64,000 bases of DNA from a virus. This document shows, one piece after another, positions 28,812 through 38,492 of this stretch; the first letter of the stretch is position 1, and every line of letters starts with the position of its first letter. The position numbers were made by a program, and so were the translations under genes. Where the stretch lies: positions 56,922 through 120,921 of the IMG/VR virus record IMGVR_UViG_3300042564_002458; one strand, given 5' to 3'. The notes beneath the pieces were generated by a model that saw only the letters and a list, made by a program, of their open reading frames with translations, did no database searches and had not been told where the DNA came from.

Positions 28812-29951
28812 TTAGAATTGATGACGTAGACCAACACCAACTACAGTGCTTTTCGCGGTATCAACAGTAGCATAGTTTACACTTTGACCAACATAGGCAT
28901 ACGCATTTGTACGCTTAGTGAAGTCATATGTATAACCCAAGTTGTATGAGCTTTGATTCTGAGCATTGTAAGCATCTTTCATGTTGGTGTTAGGGGCAAT
29001 CATTGTCCATGACACTAACACACGCGATACAGCGTTCACAGGAACAGTAGCGCCAACGATGTAGCTGTTGTAGCCAACACCGGGTGCGAACACCAAGGCG
29101 TTTGTGTTACCGTTAGGTCCAACTGCCAATTGTGCACCAGTACCACCAGCACCTGAACCAGCCCAGAAGCCGTCACGAGTCTGTCCATAACCTGCCATTA
29201 ATTTTACTACTTTCAAATCATAAGAAGCACCCAAGCTCCAGTTGTTAACTGACTGACCATTCTGAACTGATGATTCAGAGGCATAAGCTTTGTCATAAGA
29301 TACAGCTGCATAAACTGGACCATTGGCGTATTTTAAACCAGCGGTAATTTGGCGTGAGTTGTCGCTTGTAGCAAAACCATAGCCAGTTGTACCACCATTA
29401 GAAGCCAATCCTGTAGCAAACGAATATCCCAAACCGGCTTGAACACCGCTCATAACAGGTGAACGATACATTAATGTATTGTCTAGACGTAGTGTATTAC
29501 CAGATGTAAAGGCATGACCCATGTTCAATTGACCGAATCCTGCCGAGAATGGATCTAAGTTTCCGACTAGCCAATCACTTGCCAAGTTTGTCATACGACC
29601 TAAGCGAACATCGCCCCAGGCACTATTTTGTAATCCAAACCAAGCTTGACGACCAAACATACGACCACTTTGTTGACTTGTGCCATTACCAAGATCAAAT
29701 CCGTTTTCCAATTGGAAAATAGCCGAATTGCCGTTACCCATGTCCTCAACGCCCTTGAGACCGAATCGGTTTCCTGACTGAACGCCATAAGCACCACCAA
29801 AGTTGCTAACGCCCTCGCCATTGGCAAGACTGACTGATTGATAGCGTAGACCACCATCGATGAGACCATATAATGTTACAGAACTTTGTGCCTGAGCAGC
29901 TGTTCCAACGGCCAATGCAGCAGCCAATACTGATAGTTTATAAAATTTCAA
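28812..29951 (-). CDS. Burkholderiales-type outer-membrane porin
   Basis: AQAQSSVTLYG, RFGLKGVEDMG, FGRQAW, GLRHQF; TTG start after GGAGA. Confidence 0.93.
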   Translation of the reverse strand: MKFYKLSVLAAALAVGTAAQAQSSVTLYGLIDGGLRYQSVSLANGEGVSNFGGAYGVQSGNRFGLKGVEDMGNGNSAIFQLENGFDLGNGTSQQSGRMFGRQAWFGLQNSAWGDVRLGRMTNLASDWLVGNLDPFSAGFGQLNMGHAFTSGNTLRLDNTLMYRSPVMSGVQAGLGYSFATGLASNGGTTGYGFATSDNSRQITAGLKYANGPVYAAVSYDKAYASESSVQNGQSVNNWSLGASYDLKVVKLMAGYGQTRDGFWAGSGAGGTGAQLAVGPNGNTNALVFAPGVGYNSYIVGATVPVNAVSRVLVSWTMIAPNTNMKDAYNAQNQSSYNLGYTYDFTKRTNAYAYVGQSVNYATVDTAKSTVVGVGLRHQF

Positions 29952-30063
29952 TTTACTTCTCCTTAATGTTTTCAAAAACAATATACATTATCACATATAA
30001 TGTAATATAATACAAGTTTTTTGGTATAATGACTAGTATTTAGTTATTATAATTGAGATTAAA

Positions 30064-30324
30064 TTATTTTATAGGGACAATACTTACTACATTGTTCACT
30101 CTAAAACTTCTCCATTCTCGTCTATCTAAACTCCATACGCTAATGACATTTGTATTTGATTCGCGACTTCGTTTATTTTCGGACAAAGATTTTACGGGTA
30201 ATGCCTCAGAACGTAAAGTGCATAGCATTACTCGTAATTCTCCGTCCACTTTTTTGAAAGTTACTTCACAATCTGTTTGATGTAACATTTCCAAAATCTG
30301 TGAGTGTGTCGGGTTTTCTTTCAT
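30064..30324 (-). CDS. WYL-like SH3-fold protein (DUF2693-like)
   Basis: VTFKKVDGELRVMLCTL...EWRSFR. Confidence 0.75.
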   Translation of the reverse strand: MKENPTHSQILEMLHQTDCEVTFKKVDGELRVMLCTLRSEALPVKSLSENKRSRESNTNVISVWSLDRREWRSFRVNNVVSIVPIK

Positions 30325-30468
30325 ATACTTATCCTTTAAGTAAAATTTTGTCTATTTACTATGATATTTTAATGGAAAGCCAACAAATTCCGGCAATAAT
30401 TAATCCTAATGCTGCAAATCCAACAATTTCAAAAATAAGAATTGCAACAATATGAATTAATATATCCA

Positions 30469-30780
30469 TTATTCGTCAGTTGGGGGAATTCCGTTACTAT
30501 GTTTGTTGCGTTTTTGTTCCACATCTTGCATAGCTCGTTTTTCTTGTTGTGTACGTTCATCAAAAAACTTACGTGGATTTCCACACATGAAACAATTACT
30601 ATCTCCACATGTCATACCACTTACTTTGTGATAACGATGAGAACTTTCATCTCGTGAATCAACAGGCGTACCATAATCTGCAAATGAATGAACTTTACGA
30701 ATATTCATTTGTCGGTTAATATGATTTTCTTTTTGTTGTTGACGTTTACTATGTTTGATTTTATCATATTCTGTACTCAT
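30469..30780 (-). CDS. conserved phage protein, Cys cluster
   Basis: CGDSNCFMCGNPRK. Confidence 0.7.
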   Translation of the reverse strand: MSTEYDKIKHSKRQQQKENHINRQMNIRKVHSFADYGTPVDSRDESSHRYHKVSGMTCGDSNCFMCGNPRKFFDERTQQEKRAMQDVEQKRNKHSNGIPPTDE

Positions 30781-30788
30781 AACAGATC

Positions 30789-31187
30789 CTATTGTAATAG
30801 AGTTGGTGATTTATGACGATTGAATGAATCAAATATCTCTAATTCATCATCATTTTCTTCATAATCTTCTAATTCTTGCCAACAAATTTCTGATATAATG
30901 TCACCATCCTCATTCCAAAGAAATCCATTAGGATAAACTGATATACCATTTAAAAATCCACTACTAAACAATAATTCAAAATTATTGTATGCTTCCCGTA
31001 AACTGTTCCCGCCCATGTGTGTGCACATGATGATACCTTCAGGTTCTCGCCGATCATCTTGTGTTTTTGGAAAAACTTTCCAAAATGTCAACATAAGCGA
31101 GTAATTATCAGATGACCATTGAGTGGCATCTATTGTAACTGCTTCAAACTCAAGTGTATCTAAAACTGGAAATTCTTTAAAGTCCAT
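30789..31187 (-). CDS. hypothetical protein
   Basis: AAGGTG RBS; 132 aa. Confidence 0.65.
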   Translation of the reverse strand: MDFKEFPVLDTLEFEAVTIDATQWSSDNYSLMLTFWKVFPKTQDDRREPEGIIMCTHMGGNSLREAYNNFELLFSSGFLNGISVYPNGFLWNEDGDIISEICWQELEDYEENDDELEIFDSFNRHKSPTLLQ

Positions 31188-31325
31188 ATAACACCACCTT
31201 TTAAGTTCTATTTTACTTATTATAGTCTATTTACACTATAACATCAACTATATTGGACAATTTTATTAGTCAACAGATTATTGAGTTAAAATAGATAAAT
31301 ACTCACATAATAAGGAGAGACAAAA

Positions 31326-31787
31326 ATGTCCGAGAAATATCAGAGTGCAAGTGAAAAGAAAAAAGAAGATTGGATGAACTCAAAGTGGCGTCCAATGATG
31401 GGTTGGATGTATATGGCAGTTTGTATGACCGATTTTGTACTATTTCCAGTACTATGGAGTTTAGTACAGGCCGTCCATGGTGGACAAGTAAGTAGTCAGT
31501 GGAGTCCTATTACACTTCAAGGTGCTGGATTGTTTCACATGGCAATGGGTGCTATTTTGGGTATTGCTGCATTTGGCAGAACACAGGAGAAAATGGCTGG
31601 GGTCAATAACGGCGGATTAACAACTTCAAATATCTCATCAGGTAGTGTTCCTTTGAGTGCTAATACAATGAACACAATGAACACAAGTGGATTCCCATCA
31701 ACTCAAAATTCCATTTCAAATTCACCAATATTAATAAGCAGTACAGGCAAAACAATGCCACCACCACAAATAGATCAACCATTATAA
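31326..31787 (+). CDS. holin-like protein (3TM holin type)
   Basis: WRPMMGW, TM helices, GRTQEK; first gene of the lysis cassette. Confidence 0.7.
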   Translation: MSEKYQSASEKKKEDWMNSKWRPMMGWMYMAVCMTDFVLFPVLWSLVQAVHGGQVSSQWSPITLQGAGLFHMAMGAILGIAAFGRTQEKMAGVNNGGLTTSNISSGSVPLSANTMNTMNTSGFPSTQNSISNSPILISSTGKTMPPPQIDQPL

Positions 31788-31800
31788 CAAGGATAATAAA

Positions 31801-32022
31801 ATGAAAAAGATTCTAACATCACTATTAATAACATTTATAGGAATATTTTCCTCTATGGTTTATGCAGCTGATGAAGCTCCAAAAACTAAACAAGTATGCA
31901 AAGATGTGCTTGATAAAGATAAAAAACCAGTGTTGAACAAAGATGGAACTACAAAACAAACTTGTAAAACAATTAAGATTCACAAAAAAGTCGAGGGTAC
32001 AGAAATCCCTCCAAAGAAATAA
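31801..32022 (+). CDS. small exported protein
   Basis: signal peptide; two Cys. Confidence 0.65.
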   Translation: MKKILTSLLITFIGIFSSMVYAADEAPKTKQVCKDVLDKDKKPVLNKDGTTKQTCKTIKIHKKVEGTEIPPKK

Positions 32023-32034
32023 TCGGAGATCACT

Positions 32035-32895
32035 ATGTCAGGATTTACATTTAACTTTACTGAACAACAACTAGCACAAATGATACCTGGGAATTCATAT
32101 GTTTCTCAGTGGTATCAGGCATTGTGTAGAATTCTTCCAGAATATGAAATTAATACTCCACAACGAGTGGCAGCATTCGTGGCACAATGCGCTCATGAGA
32201 GTGGAAACTTTCGCTTACTCAAAGAGAACTTAAACTACAAGGCTGAGAGTTTAATGAGAGTATGGCCTAGTCGTTTCCCAAACATAGAAATCGCGCGTCA
32301 GTATGCTATGCAACCAGAAAAGATTGCCAATAAAGTTTACTGTGATCGAATGGGTAATGGTAGTGAGCAGTCAGGAGATGGTTGGAAGTATGCAGGAAAG
32401 GGATTGATCCAATTAACCGGAAAAGACAATTATACTTGGTTCGCAGAATCTATTGAAACTCCTCTTGAACAAATTCCGGAATATCTACAAACATTCGAGG
32501 GTGCTGTTCAGTCAGCCTGTTGGTTCTGGGAAGTCAATAATTTAAATCAATGGTCTGATGCAGGTGACATTCTTACACTAACAAAGAGAATAAATGGTGG
32601 GACTATCGGTCTTGAAGATCGTATTAAACATTATCAACATGCGCTTCATGTGTTAGGTGGTGCAGTTAGTGAAACTCAACATGTAACAGAATCAAGTGGA
32701 ATTGATATGTCCACTGTTATTCGTCGAGGTAGTAGAGGATCTACTGTAGCGGCCGTACAGTCTAAACTTGGTCTTACTGCCGATGGTGACTTTGGTCCAG
32801 GTACAGAAAGAGCCTTGATGGGATGGCAGCGCGAGAATGGTCTTGAACCTGATGGTATTGCCGGCCCACTAACGTTGGCTAAAATTCTCGGATAA
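32035..32895 (+). CDS. GH19 endolysin with C-terminal peptidoglycan-binding domain
   Basis: AQCAHES, ENLNY, GKGLIQLTGKDNY, RINGG; DGDFGPGT...DGIAGP. Confidence 0.92.
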   Translation: MSGFTFNFTEQQLAQMIPGNSYVSQWYQALCRILPEYEINTPQRVAAFVAQCAHESGNFRLLKENLNYKAESLMRVWPSRFPNIEIARQYAMQPEKIANKVYCDRMGNGSEQSGDGWKYAGKGLIQLTGKDNYTWFAESIETPLEQIPEYLQTFEGAVQSACWFWEVNNLNQWSDAGDILTLTKRINGGTIGLEDRIKHYQHALHVLGGAVSETQHVTESSGIDMSTVIRRGSRGSTVAAVQSKLGLTADGDFGPGTERALMGWQRENGLEPDGIAGPLTLAKILG

Positions 32896-32897
32896 TT

Positions 32898-33344
32898 ATG
32901 TGGCAAATAATGTGGCTATTCTCTCTATTACCAGATTTTGTCTATCATATATTATTGATAGTTGGAATAGTTGCTTTTGCCGGAAGTTATCTTCTGACGA
33001 TGATTCCATTCTTTACTCAGAATGCATTTATGATTCGTATTGCCAGTATGATTCTCATTATTTTTTGTGTCTGGATGGAAGGGGGCATGGCTGTTGAATC
33101 TAAGTGGAAAGCTCAAGTTGCAGAACTTGAATTGAAGGTTGCCAAGGCAGAGAAAGAATCGGCAGAAGCAAATGGACGTATAGAAACTGTATACGTAGAT
33201 AGAATTAAAGTAGTAAAAGAAATACAATATGTAGTTCAAGGGCGTATATCTAAAGATGCTGATAAATTAGACAAAACTTGTAAAATTGATCCAGAAGCAA
33301 TTGAAATACTCAATCAATTCACACACTCTGGAGCGAAGAAATGA
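32898..33344 (+). CDS. i-spanin (Rz-like)
   Basis: TM anchor, coiled coil, C-terminal Cys; follows the endolysin. Confidence 0.65.
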   Translation: MWQIMWLFSLLPDFVYHILLIVGIVAFAGSYLLTMIPFFTQNAFMIRIASMILIIFCVWMEGGMAVESKWKAQVAELELKVAKAEKESAEANGRIETVYVDRIKVVKEIQYVVQGRISKDADKLDKTCKIDPEAIEILNQFTHSGAKK

Positions 33345-33598
33345 AATTAGCCACATTATTATTAACCATTTTGTTAACTGGGTGTGTTACACCAGTGGCT
33401 AGAAATTTTCCATCAATTCCAGAATCATTAAAAACTAAATGTGAGGATTTGACTAAAACTCCTCAAACAGATAAGTTAAGTGTAGTGTTATCAGTCGTGG
33501 TAAAGAATTATGGTCAATATCAAGAATGTAGTGCAAAAGTTGATATATGGATAGAGTGGTACAGTGAACAAAAAAAAATATTTGACTCTGTAAAATAA
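33341..33598 (+). CDS. o-spanin lipoprotein (Rz1-like)
   Basis: LLTGC lipobox; P-P..C; NYGQYQEC. Confidence 0.7.
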   Translation: MKLATLLLTILLTGCVTPVARNFPSIPESLKTKCEDLTKTPQTDKLSVVLSVVVKNYGQYQECSAKVDIWIEWYSEQKKIFDSVK

Positions 33599-33619
33599 TA
33601 ATAACAAAAGGAGCAGTCA

Positions 33620-33901
33620 ATGAATGAAATATTCAAACTGATATCCGATTTAGGTTTCCCAATTGCAGCTGCAATTGCTGGTGGCTATTTCGTTTATCTA
33701 ACAATTAAATTATTACTAGCTGGAGTATTATCAGCAGTTAAAGGTATGGCTGGTATTATCACTGCATTAGATAATCGTGTTAAAACAATGAATCACGATG
33801 TTATACGCATCGATACCGTAGTATCAAACGCGTTGGGATTAAAACCTGATGTTGATCGTGTTGCGCGTGCTGATGGTAAGAATGATGCTCGGAGAGACTA
33901 A
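33620..33901 (+). CDS. small membrane protein
   Basis: GFPI TM segment; paralog of 34080. Confidence 0.7.
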   Translation: MNEIFKLISDLGFPIAAAIAGGYFVYLTIKLLLAGVLSAVKGMAGIITALDNRVKTMNHDVIRIDTVVSNALGLKPDVDRVARADGKNDARRD

Positions 33902-34080
33902 TGCTATACTTTGATTACACATGGAATTTGAGTGACAACGGAATTGTCTTAGACCAAGAACTTGATGCATATAAACTAGGATGGAAAGAAGGTGACTTGT
34001 TTAAGTTTGTAGACATTGACGGCAAGCGACAATTAGTCAAACTGGATCCCGTAGAAAAGTTTATAAAAGGATACGAATAA
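33901..34080 (+). CDS. hypothetical protein (59 aa, absent from ORF track)
   Basis: MLYFDYTWNL...KGYE; TAATG-coupled on both sides. Confidence 0.65.
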   Translation: MLYFDYTWNLSDNGIVLDQELDAYKLGWKEGDLFKFVDIDGKRQLVKLDPVEKFIKGYE

Positions 34081-34385
34081 TGGATAACATATCAGATTTA
34101 ATTAGCAAGTACGGATTTCCTATTGTAGCAGCAGTAGGAATGGGCATGATGATAAAGTATGTGTGGACCTGGGCCACTACAGAAATCAAACCTGTCATTA
34201 GTGATGCCAACACAGTGCTTATTGCTCTTATTGATCGTATACGTATGTTAGACAACGATCTGATCCGATTGAATCAAAAGGTCAATACTGTATTGCATCT
34301 ACGTGGCAAGACCATTGAACACGAACGTGTAGAAGCCGAAGCAGACATCAATCAAAAGACCACCGAAATCAAGGAAAAAAAATGA
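34080..34385 (+). CDS. small membrane protein
   Basis: GFPI TM segment; ALIDRIRMLDNDLIR resembles 33620. Confidence 0.7.
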   Translation: MDNISDLISKYGFPIVAAVGMGMMIKYVWTWATTEIKPVISDANTVLIALIDRIRMLDNDLIRLNQKVNTVLHLRGKTIEHERVEAEADINQKTTEIKEKK

Positions 34386-34723
34386 AACAGTTTCTAGCTG
34401 TTGCTGTACTAATAGTGTTAACTGGATGCAGTCTGCTGCCAAGAGCACATGATCCAGTGATGTTTGATCAGTTAATTACAGTAGATATTACCATAAAGAA
34501 AGTTGATTGTAATAATCCAGATTGGAAAATAGCATTGATTCAAACTCAACACTTATCTCAATATACTACTTGGAGAAATGATCCTCAATCGTCCAATCTT
34601 AATGGTTTGTATTTACATGTAGAGAAAATGAGTGAAGGTGGATCAAAAACTTTTTGTGAAATAGGTAAAAAAACTGCAGCTGGTAGAATTTTAGCAACCA
34701 AAACGGCCTGGGAGGGTAGATGA
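34382..34723 (+). CDS. lipoprotein
   Basis: LTGC lipobox. Confidence 0.7.
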   Translation: MKQFLAVAVLIVLTGCSLLPRAHDPVMFDQLITVDITIKKVDCNNPDWKIALIQTQHLSQYTTWRNDPQSSNLNGLYLHVEKMSEGGSKTFCEIGKKTAAGRILATKTAWEGR

Positions 34724-34962
34724 TGCAATCAATTGATATACTAGAACAACTTAAAGTAGTAGATCCCATATTCATTGATATTGCTATAGAAATGCAATCA
34801 ATTGAAGATGCTTATGCTAAGGGTGAATTATCATTAGATGAACGTCTACACTTAATAAATGAAATACGTGATATTCGTGCAGCACAATGTTGTGCTGGGA
34901 ATGAAATAGCAATTAGACATCTAGTTCAAGTTTGTAACTTAATAGCCAGTATTATTAAATAA
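34720..34962 (+). CDS. hypothetical protein
   Basis: coupled ORF. Confidence 0.6.
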   Translation: MMQSIDILEQLKVVDPIFIDIAIEMQSIEDAYAKGELSLDERLHLINEIRDIRAAQCCAGNEIAIRHLVQVCNLIASIIK

Positions 34963-34986
34963 TTGTAAATAATCATAAATATTTTT

Positions 34987-35184
34987 ATGATTATTATTGT
35001 TGGTTGGAATCAAGTTGATGAAATTAGTCATTGGTGTTCTGAAAACGTGGGGTATTTGATTTGGACTAACAATATCTCAGATTGGATAGGACATGGATGG
35101 TATGTGTCTCGTGTTTCAAACGGATTAAAATTAAGAATTGATAATGAAGAAAAGCGACTATTAGCCGCTTTACTTTGGACTTAA
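34987..35184 (+). CDS. FxLxW family protein (dispersed copy)
   Basis: WCSENVG...GW...DNEEKRLLAALLW. Confidence 0.6.
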   Translation: MIIIVGWNQVDEISHWCSENVGYLIWTNNISDWIGHGWYVSRVSNGLKLRIDNEEKRLLAALLWT

Positions 35185-37239
35185 TTACTTGCTTGTTGCC
35201 CTATATGTTCCGTCCCAATCTCTTGGTAAATTGGACATTTTCATTTCATAACATCTTTTTTTCCAAATAGTATAATATTCATTCATTTGTCCATCAAATT
35301 CACCCATTAAACTATCACATAAAAATATAGCGTGTTCAAATTCTTGTTTACGATATGCAACTAACATTTCTTCATGATCTTTACGACCAATTTCATATTC
35401 ACCATGAGCACCTGGATATAATTCTAATACAGTATAAATCGTAACTCCTAATGTCTTACCTTTAACTGCGATACAATCTAACTCTAATACAAAATAATCA
35501 TCTTTTACATATTCAGCAGTTTTTGGACCAAGTACGATTTTGACGCCGTACGGTTTACTCTGGCCTTCCAATCTTGAAGCCAAATTGACGCCATCACCAA
35601 GACAAGTATAGTCAAAACGCTGATCACTTCCCATGTTACCAACCACAACGGTGTCAGTATTAATGCCAAGACCCATACCAAAAGCCGGTACACCTTCTGC
35701 TGTAACTTCTTTATTAAATTCATCTAAACTTCCCATCATTTCTAAACCTGTTTTGACAGCTAACTTGGCATGATCCACATTGTTAATAGGTGCATTCCAA
35801 AATGCCATCTGAGCATCACCAATATATTTGTCTAATGTACCATTGTTTTCTAATATTTTCTTTGTCATAGCAGTCATATAACGATTCATAATCTTAGTTA
35901 AACCTTGTACATCACGACCATAATGTTCACTAATAGCGGTAAATCCACGAACATCAGTAAACATAATTGTAAGCTCTTGTTCATCTCCACCTAGTCTTAA
36001 TAATTCTGGTTGTCTTTGTAATTTGGCTACTAAATCAGGTGATAGATAACTACCAAATTGTTTCTTGATTTGTTGTTTCTGTAAGAATTCACTTACAAAC
36101 TTAATTCCATAAGCATGAAGAAGAACCAGAATAAGACCAACAACGATGATAGTGCTATCCAAAAGCCAATGATACATATCATACAAATACATGCTACCAT
36201 AAATAGTACCGCCGAGAAAAATAATGCTAGTGATAATCCCAACATAAATCCACCTTGTTAAAAATAGTAATAATAAACCTAATATTAATAATACTAAAAT
36301 CTCTAACCCATCAGCATAATATGGACGTTCAATATTAACTTGATTAACTAATGTACCAATAACTGCAGCTTGTACATAATGTGGGAACTGAGCACCAATT
36401 GCAGTAGGTACTGGATTACTTATTCCGGCGGCAGTTGGTCCAATAATAACAATAGCATCATCTAATTTTTCTGGTAAATTTAATAAATTTACACTTTGTG
36501 GAGTTTGACTCCAATCAATCCATATACGTCCAAAATTGTCAGTAGTAATCGGACCAAATTTTGGTATACGCATTTTTTCTACACCCAATTCATTTAATTT
36601 AACTTGAAATGTAGTATCATCTGATGCTACACGTAATACTTCCATGGCTAAACTTGGATATAGTTTATCATCTACTGTAATTATCAATGGTAAACGACGA
36701 TTAACACCATCAATTTCCGGCAAGGTATTAACTGTACCTATACCCGCCGCAGCATTTTCTAATATAGATACATTGGAAATAATACCAGAATATTTAATGA
36801 TACGATCTAAATATTCTGTATTCAATACGGCTGATCCTGGATTTCTTGGTGTGTTTTTAGTTTTTTGTGATGGCACATTAACCAATACAACTGGGAATTC
36901 TGTCAATGTTTTAGATAATTTAGTATCACCATTTTGTCTATCTTTTTCTGACATTAATACATTTAGTACTACTAGACCAGCGCCACGTTTGTATAAGTCA
37001 CGTATGATATCTGAGTATATAGCTCGATCAAGTGGCCATTGACCATATTTCTCTAGAGTATCTTCATCAATATTGACTGTGTAAATGTTTAATGATTTTG
37101 TAGGTTGACTGGTGATTAGTTGATCAAAATATCTGAGACGAACTGATTCTACAAATGAATAATCAGCAACACGTATACCAACAATCAGTGCTAGTGTTAG
37201 TAATGCTGTCCATGGTGATAGTATAATACGTTTAATCAT
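35185..37239 (-). CDS. CHASE2-domain class III adenylate/guanylate cyclase
   Basis: IDE..L..YGQWP CHASE2; TM helices; FTDVRGFT, DKYIGDA, GDGVNLASRLEG, VKGK. Confidence 0.95.
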   Translation of the reverse strand: MIKRIILSPWTALLTLALIVGIRVADYSFVESVRLRYFDQLITSQPTKSLNIYTVNIDEDTLEKYGQWPLDRAIYSDIIRDLYKRGAGLVVLNVLMSEKDRQNGDTKLSKTLTEFPVVLVNVPSQKTKNTPRNPGSAVLNTEYLDRIIKYSGIISNVSILENAAAGIGTVNTLPEIDGVNRRLPLIITVDDKLYPSLAMEVLRVASDDTTFQVKLNELGVEKMRIPKFGPITTDNFGRIWIDWSQTPQSVNLLNLPEKLDDAIVIIGPTAAGISNPVPTAIGAQFPHYVQAAVIGTLVNQVNIERPYYADGLEILVLLILGLLLLFLTRWIYVGIITSIIFLGGTIYGSMYLYDMYHWLLDSTIIVVGLILVLLHAYGIKFVSEFLQKQQIKKQFGSYLSPDLVAKLQRQPELLRLGGDEQELTIMFTDVRGFTAISEHYGRDVQGLTKIMNRYMTAMTKKILENNGTLDKYIGDAQMAFWNAPINNVDHAKLAVKTGLEMMGSLDEFNKEVTAEGVPAFGMGLGINTDTVVVGNMGSDQRFDYTCLGDGVNLASRLEGQSKPYGVKIVLGPKTAEYVKDDYFVLELDCIAVKGKTLGVTIYTVLELYPGAHGEYEIGRKDHEEMLVAYRKQEFEHAIFLCDSLMGEFDGQMNEYYTIWKKRCYEMKMSNLPRDWDGTYRATSK

Positions 37240-37883
37240 TATCTATTTGTTAGTGCCTTTTTGTCAAAAACTGGATCACTGAAAACAATCACTTGACCAC
37301 GCATCATGATATTTTCATCATGAAGATCAGGACGAAATCCTGGTCGCATAACAACTTCATATACAATATCTAATGCAGAAATAAAATCAGGATATTTCTT
37401 GCAGTATTCAATAAAGGGAATAAAGCGTGAACTCCAGTTATCTTCTTTTCTAGCAATAACTTCACTTGGAGATATTCTTTCAATTGTTGCAATTTCTATT
37501 ATAGCATTCATTGGTTTCAACATCATGTATGCATCTTCGGAAATACGAGTCAATTTCTCTGTACGAATAGCCACTACGCCAGGAACAATACGCACGACTC
37601 GTGGACTGACAAAATGTGGCATATGTGGATTATCTTTGTGTTGAATAGACGCTTTGATCCATTCAATATAGGCAATATCTGTATCAGAAAATACTTTTAG
37701 TACATATGATAGTTGATAATTATCCCATACCGTACCGAATGATCCAGAACCTAATGGTCTGAATCCATTGTCATACAACACTTTGTGCCATTCTAGACCA
37801 AGTGGGTACTCAGCAACTTTACGAGGATTTTGTGGCAAGTTTTTGATTTTATTTTTGATGCCAACTAGTTCTGTAATTTTCAT
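37239..37883 (-). CDS. protein-kinase-fold protein
   Basis: LGSGSFGTV, VLK, DLHDENIM, SDP. Confidence 0.75.
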   Translation of the reverse strand: MKITELVGIKNKIKNLPQNPRKVAEYPLGLEWHKVLYDNGFRPLGSGSFGTVWDNYQLSYVLKVFSDTDIAYIEWIKASIQHKDNPHMPHFVSPRVVRIVPGVVAIRTEKLTRISEDAYMMLKPMNAIIEIATIERISPSEVIARKEDNWSSRFIPFIEYCKKYPDFISALDIVYEVVMRPGFRPDLHDENIMMRGQVIVFSDPVFDKKALTNR

Positions 37884-38431
37884 CTTAGTTTAGGATTTCC
37901 AAATACTGATTCAGTAATAATATTATCAGGTAATTCTCGTTTATATGTCCCATTATCTATCATATGTAGATTAGGATCATTGAATAATTTTTGTAAAAAT
38001 TGTTGATCTGAAATTGGAGTTAAACCACGCTTTAATAATACATTTCGTAACGAATCAGATGATTCAATCCACCAACCTGATTTTGTCAATAATTGTGTTA
38101 ATTTTTCTAATGATTTATCTTTACTTGCGCGACTACCATCATGTCCTAAACCTTGTATTTTGTATCCAGTCCACGTTTCATTTGATCGTGCGGGTCGATA
38201 GAATATAGCACAATCTACGTCTGGATCTTTGTCAAAATCAACAATAGCCCAGTCACTGGGTAACAGATTACTGATATTATTGACAAAACTTCCCTGTGGG
38301 GTATTCTTATAGGCAGTTTGAACAAGAGAAATTAGATCGTCACTTACTTCTGTTTTAGCATCGTTGGAAATATCTAATTCCCAACGATTTTTGGTAAGTT
38401 TGATTTCATATAATAATTCATGTATTTTCAT
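37880..38431 (-). CDS. hypothetical protein, possibly a virion internal protein
   Basis: MKIHELLYE N-terminus; TAAATA upstream. Confidence 0.6.
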   Translation of the reverse strand: MKIHELLYEIKLTKNRWELDISNDAKTEVSDDLISLVQTAYKNTPQGSFVNNISNLLPSDWAIVDFDKDPDVDCAIFYRPARSNETWTGYKIQGLGHDGSRASKDKSLEKLTQLLTKSGWWIESSDSLRNVLLKRGLTPISDQQFLQKLFNDPNLHMIDNGTYKRELPDNIITESVFGNPKLR

Positions 38432-38492
38432 ACATATATTTATCGTTTTTGCTGGTTACGAGTTCCAGCGTGTACTCTATCTTGTACCCGGT

